Shown piece by piece: positions 29,034 through 37,516 of a stretch of DNA of 40,568 nucleotides. This stretch comes from an uncultured Clostridia bacterium (GTDB taxonomy: Bacteria; Bacillota; Clostridia; Christensenellales; UBA1242): contig CALVZG010000038.1 in assembly GCA_944372465.1 (NCBI GenBank), forward strand, positions 1 through 40,568. Reading direction: 5' to 3'. Under the pieces are notes generated by a model, which searched no databases, was not told where the DNA came from, and saw only the letters and a program-made list of their open reading frames with translations. The position numbers and the translations under genes are program-made. Within the stretch, counting starts at the first letter, position 1. Every line of letters begins with the position of its first letter.

Positions 29034-29728
29034 TATTTTAATAATTTAAATATTTGTTTTCTAACATTTTTTCTGAATGTCATTGGGTCATATATACTAC
29101 CTACTCGCATATTACAACAATAATTGTGAAAAAAACTTTTTGAACAACTCTTATTAAAGCAATAGAATGTATTCATTGATGGAATACCAACTACTTGCGT
29201 CATCACATTAAAAATTAAAAAATCTGTTAGCCTTTTACTTTTATAAATGGAATTGTAATGACAAAACGGACATTCTCCTACGCATTTCATTGAAATAGGG
29301 ATTGTACTACCATATCTTTTTGCATCTTTGCTAATGAGTTTTTCTTTTCTCTTTCTATTTTTTTCATCTTTTACAGAAACTTCAGTTTCTTCTTCTTTAT
29401 TTTTTTTGTTGTCTTTGTTTTTTTCTTTTTTATCTTCTTCGCTTTTTTCGTCATCTAAATCTTCATCATTATTTTGCTCATCACCATATCCATCACCTGT
29501 ATCATCGCCAAACCCATCATTTTCTTCGTTGTCGCTGCTTTTTTCATTGTCCTCATCTTCCCCATTATCATTTTCGTCATCTTCATCATCTTCGTCATCA
29601 TCATCTTCGTCTAAGCCATCATCTTCACCATAATGCCCATTCCAATCATCATCTTCATCTAAAGCATCTTCTTCACTTTCTTCATCTTCATAGTCTTCGT
29701 CATCATCAAACGGCCCAAATCTATACAT
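29033..29728 (-). CDS. Hypothetical protein: acidic disordered N-terminus, Cys-rich C-terminal domain
   Basis: GGAGGG RBS; D/E-rich first ~100 aa; CPFC-x33-CFNKSC. Confidence 0.8.
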   Translation of the reverse strand: MYRFGPFDDDEDYEDEESEEDALDEDDDWNGHYGEDDGLDEDDDDEDDEDDENDNGEDEDNEKSSDNEENDGFGDDTGDGYGDEQNNDEDLDDEKSEEDKKEKNKDNKKNKEEETEVSVKDEKNRKRKEKLISKDAKRYGSTIPISMKCVGECPFCHYNSIYKSKRLTDFLIFNVMTQVVGIPSMNTFYCFNKSCSKSFFHNYCCNMRVGSIYDPMTFRKNVRKQIFKLLK

Positions 29729-29908
29729 TTATCCCTCCGTATAATAAAAATTTATTTATTAAAGCAGTTAAATTAATATGGTTTTTAAAAGTATATTGAA
29801 ATTAAAATTAAAATTTTCTTTTTAAAATAATTAATATTTGTACAATAAAATTTAAAAAAAATATTTTTTATATACATAATTTATTATACACAATTTTAAT
29901 AAATTTAC

Positions 29909-29940
29909 AAAAAAAACATCAAATTATTTGATGTTTTTTT
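29909..29940 (-). terminator. Intrinsic terminator
   Basis: AAAAAAACATCAAAT-t-ATTTGATGTTTTTTT. Confidence 0.75.
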
Positions 29941-30172
29941 AATCAATCCATAAAATGTTGTCATTAACTATCAATGTTATCATGTCGATAAGCCATAAAA
30001 AAGGAATACCCACAACAATTAAAATAACAGCAATTATTATTCCTAAAGCGTTATTATTTGCTAAAGATTTTATTAATCTATATATTACCCATATGATATC
30101 AAGAACCGGCAAAGCCAATAAAATCTTTAATATTTGAGGTAACCCATTCATGCTTTTTATAAAATCATTCAT
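29939..30172 (-). CDS. Small hydrophobic membrane protein (77 aa)
   Basis: AAGGAGGAG RBS; two hydrophobic segments; WLID motif. Confidence 0.8.
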   Translation of the reverse strand: MNDFIKSMNGLPQILKILLALPVLDIIWVIYRLIKSLANNNALGIIIAVILIVVGIPFLWLIDMITLIVNDNILWID

Positions 30173-30242
30173 AACTCCTCCTTTTATAAAATATTCAATA
30201 CTTTTTTAAAATAACATAAATATTATAATATTTATAAAAAAG

Positions 30243-30989
30243 TTAGATTAATGAAATGATTTTTAATAGATTATTAGGGTCTATACTAGCACCTCCAATT
30301 AAAAATCCGTTTAAATTTTTACAATTTGTAAATTGCTTTATATTTTTGCTGTCGATACTTCCGCCATATACAACATTTATTTTTTCTGAAGCAGACTGTG
30401 AAAAATCATCTTTTATAATTCTTCTGATTTCCTTAACTGCTTGAGAAATTTCTTTAGCCGTTGGAGTTTTTCCACTACCTATAGCCCAAATTGGTTCATA
30501 CGCTATTATTATTCTTTCTAATTCATTTTCATATAGTCCTTTAAGAGCCTCTTCAATCTGTTCTTTTAACGAAACAAAAGTCTTTAATGTGTTTCTTTCT
30601 GCCAGACTTTCTCCAACGCAAAGAATTATACCTAAACCATTTTTTAGTGCAGATTTTATCTTTCTATTTATACACTTTCCATCTTCTTTAAATCTTTTCC
30701 GTCTTTCGCTGTGCCCTACAATAGTATAATCCACGCCTGCATCTTTTAACATTCTGCCACTTATCTCTCCTGTAGAACGACCTTCTTCTTCGTCATTTAT
30801 ATTTTGACTTCCAAGTCTAACCGCCTTTTTCCCCTCACAAAGAAATTTGCCAACTGCCAAAGAAGTATAAGGCAAACAAAGCGTCAAATCTACTTTTCCG
30901 TCAAATCGTGGGAGCAAAGTCATAAGATAATCTTTTGTTTCGCTAGGTGTTAAATTCATTTTTAAATTTGCAATTACTATACTTATCAT
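30243..30989 (-). CDS. tpiA: Triosephosphate isomerase
   Basis: NLKMN, TGEIS, GHSERR, AYEPIWAIG, YGGS, GGAS. Confidence 0.95.
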   Translation of the reverse strand: MISIVIANLKMNLTPSETKDYLMTLLPRFDGKVDLTLCLPYTSLAVGKFLCEGKKAVRLGSQNINDEEEGRSTGEISGRMLKDAGVDYTIVGHSERRKRFKEDGKCINRKIKSALKNGLGIILCVGESLAERNTLKTFVSLKEQIEEALKGLYENELERIIIAYEPIWAIGSGKTPTAKEISQAVKEIRRIIKDDFSQSASEKINVVYGGSIDSKNIKQFTNCKNLNGFLIGGASIDPNNLLKIISLI

Positions 30990-32161
30990 TTTATTTTCTC
31001 CTGTATTACATCAATTGCAGGCAAAGAACCTTCTTCTAAATATTTCATTGTAGCTCCGCCACCTGTAGAAATATAATCAAATTTTTTTGTTAAGTTAAAT
31101 AAATTTATTGTTGCAACTGTATCTCCACCACCAACACATTTATAGGCTTTGCTATGTGCTATATGCTCTGCTATACTTTGAGTTCCGTTTCTATAATTTT
31201 TATTTTCATACATTCCTAAAGGTCCATTCCAAAAAATTTCGCCCGCCTTTGAAATTTCTTCATCATAAAGTTTAACAGTTTCAGGTCCAATATCAAACCC
31301 TATTAAATCTCCATACATTTTTGAAGTTGTAACAATGCTTTTGCTTTTTGCGTGCATACAAATATGGTCGATAGGTAGCAAAAGTTTTTTACCCGAATTT
31401 TGTGCTAACTCTAAAATGGCTCTTGCAACAGGGACACTTTCATCATACACAATAGATTGCCCTACAGGAATACCTTTTGCTTTTAAAAATGTATAAGCCA
31501 TAGCACCACCTATCAGAATTGCATCTGCTTTTTCTATAAATTTTTCTAAAATTTTTGTTTTAGTTTCTACTTTTGCCCCACCTAAAACAGCAACAAACGG
31601 GCGTTTAGGGCTTTCTAAAATTTGATTAAGAGCAGTCAATTCTTTTTCCATAAGAAATCCTATTGCATTAGGAAGAATCCTCGCTAATCCAAAGTTGGTC
31701 GCATGCTTCCTATGTGCTACTCCAAAAGCATCGTCAACGAAAATATCCCCCATTGATGCTATTTCTCGTGCAAATTTCATGTCGCACTCTTCCTCTTCTT
31801 TATAAAATCTTACATTCTCAAGAAGAAGAATATCTCCTTCTTGTAATAATTTAATTCTTTCTTTAACTTCATCACCTATAACTAAATTACAAAATGAAAC
31901 ATTGCAATCAATCTTTCTAGATAAAACTATTGAAATAGGCCAAAGCGATTTGCGAACATCAAATCCATCAGGCCTTCCTAAATGAGATAGTATAACCACC
32001 TTTGCTTTTTGTTTAATCAAATATTCAATAGTAGGAAGTTCATTGTCTATCCTTGTTGTATCTAGAATTTTTCCGCCTTCATCTATTGGAACATTAAAAT
32101 CAACACGAAGCAAAACAACTTTGCCTTTTAAATTCACCAAATCTTTTATAGTTCTTTTCAT
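30986..32161 (-). CDS. pgk: Phosphoglycerate kinase
   Basis: RVDFNVP, SHLGRP, LLENVRF, GGAKV, WNGP, GGGDT, STGGGA; ATGA overlap with tpiA. Confidence 0.96.
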   Translation of the reverse strand: MKRTIKDLVNLKGKVVLLRVDFNVPIDEGGKILDTTRIDNELPTIEYLIKQKAKVVILSHLGRPDGFDVRKSLWPISIVLSRKIDCNVSFCNLVIGDEVKERIKLLQEGDILLLENVRFYKEEEECDMKFAREIASMGDIFVDDAFGVAHRKHATNFGLARILPNAIGFLMEKELTALNQILESPKRPFVAVLGGAKVETKTKILEKFIEKADAILIGGAMAYTFLKAKGIPVGQSIVYDESVPVARAILELAQNSGKKLLLPIDHICMHAKSKSIVTTSKMYGDLIGFDIGPETVKLYDEEISKAGEIFWNGPLGMYENKNYRNGTQSIAEHIAHSKAYKCVGGGDTVATINLFNLTKKFDYISTGGGATMKYLEEGSLPAIDVIQEKIK

Positions 32162-32251
32162 AACTCCCCCTCAAATAAAGGTTATTTTTGTAAATTATAT
32201 TTGTCAATTATAGATATAATTATTGTACTACTTTTGTTAAATAAAACAAAA

Positions 32252-33175
32252 TTATTTGTTAAACAATTCTTTTAAATATTCCAAACTTTCATTTATAGAC
32301 GGGCTTATTGCTATCTTTAATCTTATTTGACTTGCACCTTCAATATTAGAAGCATACCAAAGAAAATGTTTACGCAAGTATAATGTAAGCCAATTTTCAT
32401 CATAATACTTTCTTAACACTTCGACATGATGTTTGATTATTTCAAATTTATTTCCATTAAAAGATTTATCTAAAAGTTCACTAAAAATCCAAGGTCTACC
32501 TTGAGCGCCTCGTCCAATCATTACCCCGTCTACTCCCGTTGCAAGCATCTCTTTGTAACTACTTTTATCTATTACATCTCCATTACCGATGACCGGAATA
32601 TGAAGAGATTGTTTTAATTTTGCAATAGCCTCATAATTTGCCTTTCCGCTGTAACCTTGCTCGGCAGTTCTAGCATGTAAAGTTACAAAATTAGCCCCAC
32701 TTTCTTCACACATACGCCCAAATTCTAAACTAATGTCTTGGTTATAACCTAATCGGAATTTTACACTAATCGGAACTTTGCTTACCTTTTTACACTCACT
32801 GATAATTTTGCTTGCCAGTGTCAAGTCTTTCATAAGTGCGCAACCTTCGCCATTTTTTACTATTTTAGGGGCGGGGCAACCCATATTAATATCAATAATT
32901 TGATAATTATTTAGTAAGGGGCTAAAAATAGATTGAGCCATGATAGATGGTTCATGTCCAAAAATTTGTCCTATTTTGATTTTTTCAAAAGGAGATGTAA
33001 TGGTCATTAATTCTGTTTTCTTTGGATTATGTAACATTGCTCTACAAGAAAGCATCTCGCTATAAGTTGCATCAGCCCCCAAAATGGAACAAACTTCTCT
33101 AAAACCAACATCACTTACCCCTGCCATGGGTGCTAAAATTAAATTATTACCAAAATTAATCTTGTTAACTATCAT
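32252..33175 (-). CDS. dusB: tRNA-dihydrouridine synthase (DusB-like)
   Basis: LAPMAG, DINMGCP, HART, GNGDV, MIGRG. Confidence 0.93.
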   Translation of the reverse strand: MIVNKINFGNNLILAPMAGVSDVGFREVCSILGADATYSEMLSCRAMLHNPKKTELMTITSPFEKIKIGQIFGHEPSIMAQSIFSPLLNNYQIIDINMGCPAPKIVKNGEGCALMKDLTLASKIISECKKVSKVPISVKFRLGYNQDISLEFGRMCEESGANFVTLHARTAEQGYSGKANYEAIAKLKQSLHIPVIGNGDVIDKSSYKEMLATGVDGVMIGRGAQGRPWIFSELLDKSFNGNKFEIIKHHVEVLRKYYDENWLTLYLRKHFLWYASNIEGASQIRLKIAISPSINESLEYLKELFNK

Positions 33176-33315
33176 GTTTTAAGTGTATCAATTTAAACTT
33201 AATTTTGCAAATAATAAGAAATAATTATTAAAAAAATTTATCCATATAGTAAAAGAATGTTTATTATTAATAAAAAAATCAAATATATAAAATTAAAAAT
33301 AATGAAATTTTAAAA

Positions 33316-34830
33316 TTAATTTAATTTTTTCTTTAGCCTACTAAAGATTTCTTTGCTATATTCTAAAAGTAGAGGCATACATAAAATTAAATAACATACC
33401 CCTCCTAAAATAGTTGCTACAAACAGCCCCCAAATATTTGTTAAAAATGATAGCACAATACTTATTGTCATATACATAATTATTGATGATACAAAAGGCA
33501 GGGCTAATCCATAAAATCCTATTTTTACAAGCGAACCTAATTTAATCAAAGCACATATACATATTATTGAATATAATACTATATTTGAAATTGGAATTGC
33601 AAATATATTGATATTCTCTATTGGTGCAAATATAAAAAGTGATAATACTTTAAAGATTCCTCCCACTAAATTGAATAATAAAGATTGATTGTAATATCCT
33701 TTTGCTTGCAAAAGTGTATTCAATAATTGCATGATTGCTGAAAGGACTATAGAAAATCCCCCTAAAATAGTTAATTGGCAAGCAATATCTAAATATCCAT
33801 TTACTATAGATGGATATATTATTGGATAGAGTTGCCTTGAAAGAGCAATAATTCCTACAACTAGAGGAACAAGAAAAAACCACATTATGTTAAAAGATTT
33901 ACCTATTATCTTCTGTTGTCCTATATAATCACCTTTTGCCGACAAAAAAGAAATTTTAGGGAGCATGGCCATTGCTACAGACAATGAAATAATTAAAGGA
34001 AAATGAAGAATAGCACCTACAACACCACTTTGAAGGCCATACAAAGTTGTTGCAACATCATTTGTAAAACCTGCTTTTGCAAGAAGTGAACTAATAATAA
34101 TAGATTCAAAAGCAAATGATAAGGGCAAAATAGAAGTTGAAAAGGTAAGTGGAAGAACAGCAGAAAAAAACTCTTTTTTTACATTTATTTTATATGTTTT
34201 AATTTTAACTTTTCTTGTTATTATAAAGGCAAGATAGACGGTCGCAAAAATTTCAGAAATTATTATGCCTAAAAATGCACCAAAAACCCCAGCACCAATA
34301 TTATCTTTGCCTAAAATGTAAGCAAAAAATAGACCAAAGGCAAATTTAACTACCTGTTCAATTAATTGACTTATTGCTGTAGGCGTCATATTTTCATATC
34401 CTTGCACAATTCCTCTGAATATTCCAATAAGTGCACCTAAAGGAAGAAGAATGGCAAGAAGCATATATGAAATATTCCCCTCCGAAAAGCCTTGAAAAGA
34501 GGAAATTTGATTTGATAATACAGCAAAAATGATTCCAAACAACAAACTTAAACCCATAGAAAATAGCAGTGCATATCTATAATAACCACTCAATTTGTTG
34601 TAATCTCCCCTTGCTCTAGCACTAGAAATAAGTTTAGATAGGGCATTTGTAACCCCACTTGACACAAACCCAAGCGTCAAAGAATACAGCGACATTACCA
34701 TTTGATAACCACCAATACCTTTAATACCTAGGATATTCGTAAGCGGAAGTCTAAATAAAGCACCAAAAATTTTACCTATAAGTCCGCTTATAATTAATAT
34801 AATTGCGCCCTTGCCTACAGAGTTTTTCAT
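33316..34830 (-). CDS. SpoVB/YabM-like MOP-superfamily flippase
   Basis: KGAIIL...KIFGALFRLPL, FRGIVQG..MTPTAISQLIEQ; start moved to MKNSVG. Confidence 0.85.
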   Translation of the reverse strand: MKNSVGKGAIILIISGLIGKIFGALFRLPLTNILGIKGIGGYQMVMSLYSLTLGFVSSGVTNALSKLISSARARGDYNKLSGYYRYALLFSMGLSLLFGIIFAVLSNQISSFQGFSEGNISYMLLAILLPLGALIGIFRGIVQGYENMTPTAISQLIEQVVKFAFGLFFAYILGKDNIGAGVFGAFLGIIISEIFATVYLAFIITRKVKIKTYKINVKKEFFSAVLPLTFSTSILPLSFAFESIIISSLLAKAGFTNDVATTLYGLQSGVVGAILHFPLIISLSVAMAMLPKISFLSAKGDYIGQQKIIGKSFNIMWFFLVPLVVGIIALSRQLYPIIYPSIVNGYLDIACQLTILGGFSIVLSAIMQLLNTLLQAKGYYNQSLLFNLVGGIFKVLSLFIFAPIENINIFAIPISNIVLYSIICICALIKLGSLVKIGFYGLALPFVSSIIMYMTISIVLSFLTNIWGLFVATILGGVCYLILCMPLLLEYSKEIFSRLKKKLN

Positions 34831-34945
34831 GAAAATATAATGTGAAAAATAAAAAAAAGTATGCAAAACTTTAAAAATGGTATTTACAAACACAAAAAAA
34901 TGTGATATCATATAGCTGAAAGTATAAATAATAAGGAGTATATGT

Positions 34946-35644
34946 ATGACAGAAAAAAATCCGTATTTATTTGATAACAATATTCAAAGAACACCGCGTC
35001 AAATAGTTGCAATAAAAAATAATAATATCTATCTTTTTACATTGTTTAATCACTTATTTAAAAATTTGGGAGATGTAAACAAAACAAAAGTTAACATTCC
35101 TGATTTTATGACATATACAATTACAGGAAGGTTACCATATGATGATACAATAACTGGTCATGACACTCATGATCTTGCTAAAAAAATTAAATTTCTAATT
35201 TGTGAACTTGAAAAACCAGAAGTAAGAGAAAAATTTAACAAATCTTTCTTTTATTCCATAATAAACAGAATATTTTGTAATGATGCATCATGGATAAAAT
35301 GGAACGACTATAAAATTAAAGAAAATGTTGAATTGCCAAAATATTTATCAAAATCTTACGCAGATGCATTGCCAAGTGCATTTAGTATATATGTTAACGA
35401 TGTAAATACTAATAAAATAGGATTGGACTTTAGCACTTTAATAGATACGATTGTTACAAAAGATAAAAATGGTAATTATATAGTTGAAGGCAATACAGAA
35501 AATAAAGTAATTGAACAACTCGCTGACGCTGTAAGGTATCAAATTGATATACTAAAAGATAACCCAACATTTAAAAAACTTTATAGAAACATAAATGAAA
35601 ATGAAATTGCTTTATATGATAACGATGAAAAAGAAAACGGGTAA
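34946..35644 (+). CDS. Hypothetical protein
   Basis: 232-aa ORF with AAGGAG RBS, promoter TTTACA-17-TATCAT (34883-34911) and terminator; no recognised motif. Confidence 0.75.
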   Translation: MTEKNPYLFDNNIQRTPRQIVAIKNNNIYLFTLFNHLFKNLGDVNKTKVNIPDFMTYTITGRLPYDDTITGHDTHDLAKKIKFLICELEKPEVREKFNKSFFYSIINRIFCNDASWIKWNDYKIKENVELPKYLSKSYADALPSAFSIYVNDVNTNKIGLDFSTLIDTIVTKDKNGNYIVEGNTENKVIEQLADAVRYQIDILKDNPTFKKLYRNINENEIALYDNDEKENG

Positions 35645-35673
35645 AAAAACATGATTATTAAATCATGTTTTTT
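35644..35673. terminator. Bidirectional terminator
   Basis: AAAAAAACATGATT...AATCATGTTTTTTT. Confidence 0.75.
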
Positions 35674-35689
35674 TATTTTAATTAAAAAT

Positions 35690-37315
35690 TTATTCTCTCT
35701 CTAATTCATCTTGCTCTTTGTTAATTAGATTTTCGCTTAAATTTTCATTTTGAAGATTATCATTGTTTTTTAATGAAACTTCTACTGATAATGTTTCTAC
35801 AACATCAACTATAGAATCTTTGTCTATGCCTTCAATTATTAAACTATCTTGAATTCTTTTAGATTTAGTCTCATTTTCAGTATCCTCAATTTCTTCTTCA
35901 TCGCCTTCTTTGTTGACTGAAATTGAATTTACTTCAAATGGAGCAATTTCAATATTTTCTTCATTATTTTCCCCACTTTTCTGCTCTTCTTGTCCTTTTT
36001 GAGAAGTATTTGCACCTGTAGTCCCTGTTTGTTGATTTGAAGCATTTTGCTCTCTCGAAGAATTTTGAGAACTATTTTTACTTTTCTCTTCCGTTTGTTT
36101 ATCTACATTGTTCGGATTTGTGGTGTTTGAGTTTTTGTTGCTATTTTTATCACTAGTGTTTTTATTTTTTTTATCTTTTTTTAATTCTTTATAAGGATTA
36201 TACCCATATGCTAAATCTTTTTTTGTCTTTTCAGTTTCTTCGTCAGTTTCTGTCTTCTTTTTCTGATTGTCTGCTGAAGATGATTTCTTTGCCTTCTCTT
36301 TATTTTCATTCTTTTTAGAAGATCCTTTTTTGCCTGCCCTTTTAACAGATTTTGTTTTATCCCCGGACTTATTCTCTATTTTTTTATTAACAGGGTTATC
36401 TGTTCTTAACAACTCTATTGCGGCAGGATTTACTTGCAGTCCATCAATTGCTTTTACAGATTTATTTATTTCTTGAACTATATTTTTTAATTTATCTTTG
36501 TTTAATTTAAGTTTTTCAAGCCCGCCTTTTTCATCAATGACCCTATCTAAAATTGCTTTTAAATAAGTATATTTATTTGCTCTTAAAAGTGGATTTTCCT
36601 CATCTCCTTCAATATCAACAATTAATTCTTTGTATCGCCTAATAATATCTAGGCACACCTCATCTTGACTTTCTTCAAGCAGTTTTAACATTCTCATTAA
36701 ATAAATTTGGGAAGCAATATCATAAAGACCACCTATATATTTATTGATATCATATTCATCTTGCATTAAAACAGCAAGATTTGGAATTTTCATCTCATTA
36801 TTTTTTAAAGCCACATCGTGTAAATTAAACGCCTCTTTGACTTTACTTATAAAATTTTCGTCATTAACATCTTCAAAATCTGCTATGTGAGAAGTGATAT
36901 ACTCCTCGTCTAAAAAATTATCAACAAATTCTGATAAATATAACTCTGCTTTTGCTTTTTTCTCATCTCTGATTATTTTTATTTTAAAATAGAAAAATTT
37001 TTTCATAAAATAAGAATCAGCACGAATGAAATCATCATCTTCATCACTAATCTCTTTTACCATATTAATTAAATCATATTTTATTTGATCTTTTATTTTG
37101 TAATAACCTTTATCATTAATTCTTCCTACCAACATAAAACGCATTGCCATTATTTTCATGCGAGTACGGTAGTAATCTATAAAGTCAGTATCAGTCAATG
37201 AAAAATCTTGCCCATAGACTTTGTATGAGAGTTTAACTTCCTCTTTTTTTACCTCTAATTTATCTTTTTCTTCAACTTTAGAAGATTTATCTATTGATTG
37301 ATTATTATTTCCCAT
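35690..37315 (-). CDS. Hypothetical protein: ~300-aa folded N-terminal part plus long charged low-complexity tail
   Basis: 541-aa ORF with its own promoter and terminator. Confidence 0.8.
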   Translation of the reverse strand: MGNNNQSIDKSSKVEEKDKLEVKKEEVKLSYKVYGQDFSLTDTDFIDYYRTRMKIMAMRFMLVGRINDKGYYKIKDQIKYDLINMVKEISDEDDDFIRADSYFMKKFFYFKIKIIRDEKKAKAELYLSEFVDNFLDEEYITSHIADFEDVNDENFISKVKEAFNLHDVALKNNEMKIPNLAVLMQDEYDINKYIGGLYDIASQIYLMRMLKLLEESQDEVCLDIIRRYKELIVDIEGDEENPLLRANKYTYLKAILDRVIDEKGGLEKLKLNKDKLKNIVQEINKSVKAIDGLQVNPAAIELLRTDNPVNKKIENKSGDKTKSVKRAGKKGSSKKNENKEKAKKSSSADNQKKKTETDEETEKTKKDLAYGYNPYKELKKDKKNKNTSDKNSNKNSNTTNPNNVDKQTEEKSKNSSQNSSREQNASNQQTGTTGANTSQKGQEEQKSGENNEENIEIAPFEVNSISVNKEGDEEEIEDTENETKSKRIQDSLIIEGIDKDSIVDVVETLSVEVSLKNNDNLQNENLSENLINKEQDELERE

Positions 37316-37452
37316 AGAAGAATTATAACTAAAATTAGCAAAAATTGCAAGTGAAGAATTAGTTTTTATTTTTTATAATAAAAATAAAATAAAAAAACAT
37401 TAATTTATAAATATTATTTATATAGACACAAGCACAAAAATGATTTTCAAAC

Positions 37453-37488
37453 AAAAATCTCTTACGAAATTATCATAAGAGATTTTTT
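37453..37488 (-). terminator. Terminator of the LRR gene
   Basis: AAAAATCTCTTA...TAAGAGATTTTT. Confidence 0.75.
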
Positions 37489-37516
37489 ATATTAAGTTTT
37501 ATTCCTAATTTTTTGC

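Noticed and set aside
29328-29633. Ser-rich 101-aa ORF
   Set aside because: Antisense of the GAT/GAA-rich acidic gene
1279-36476. Other short ORFs nested in or antisense to long genes (e.g. 1279-1590, 7753-8046, 10235-10549, 10999-11403, 12630-13692, 36267-36476)
   Set aside because: They overlap well-supported genes, have shadow-like composition and lack translation signals
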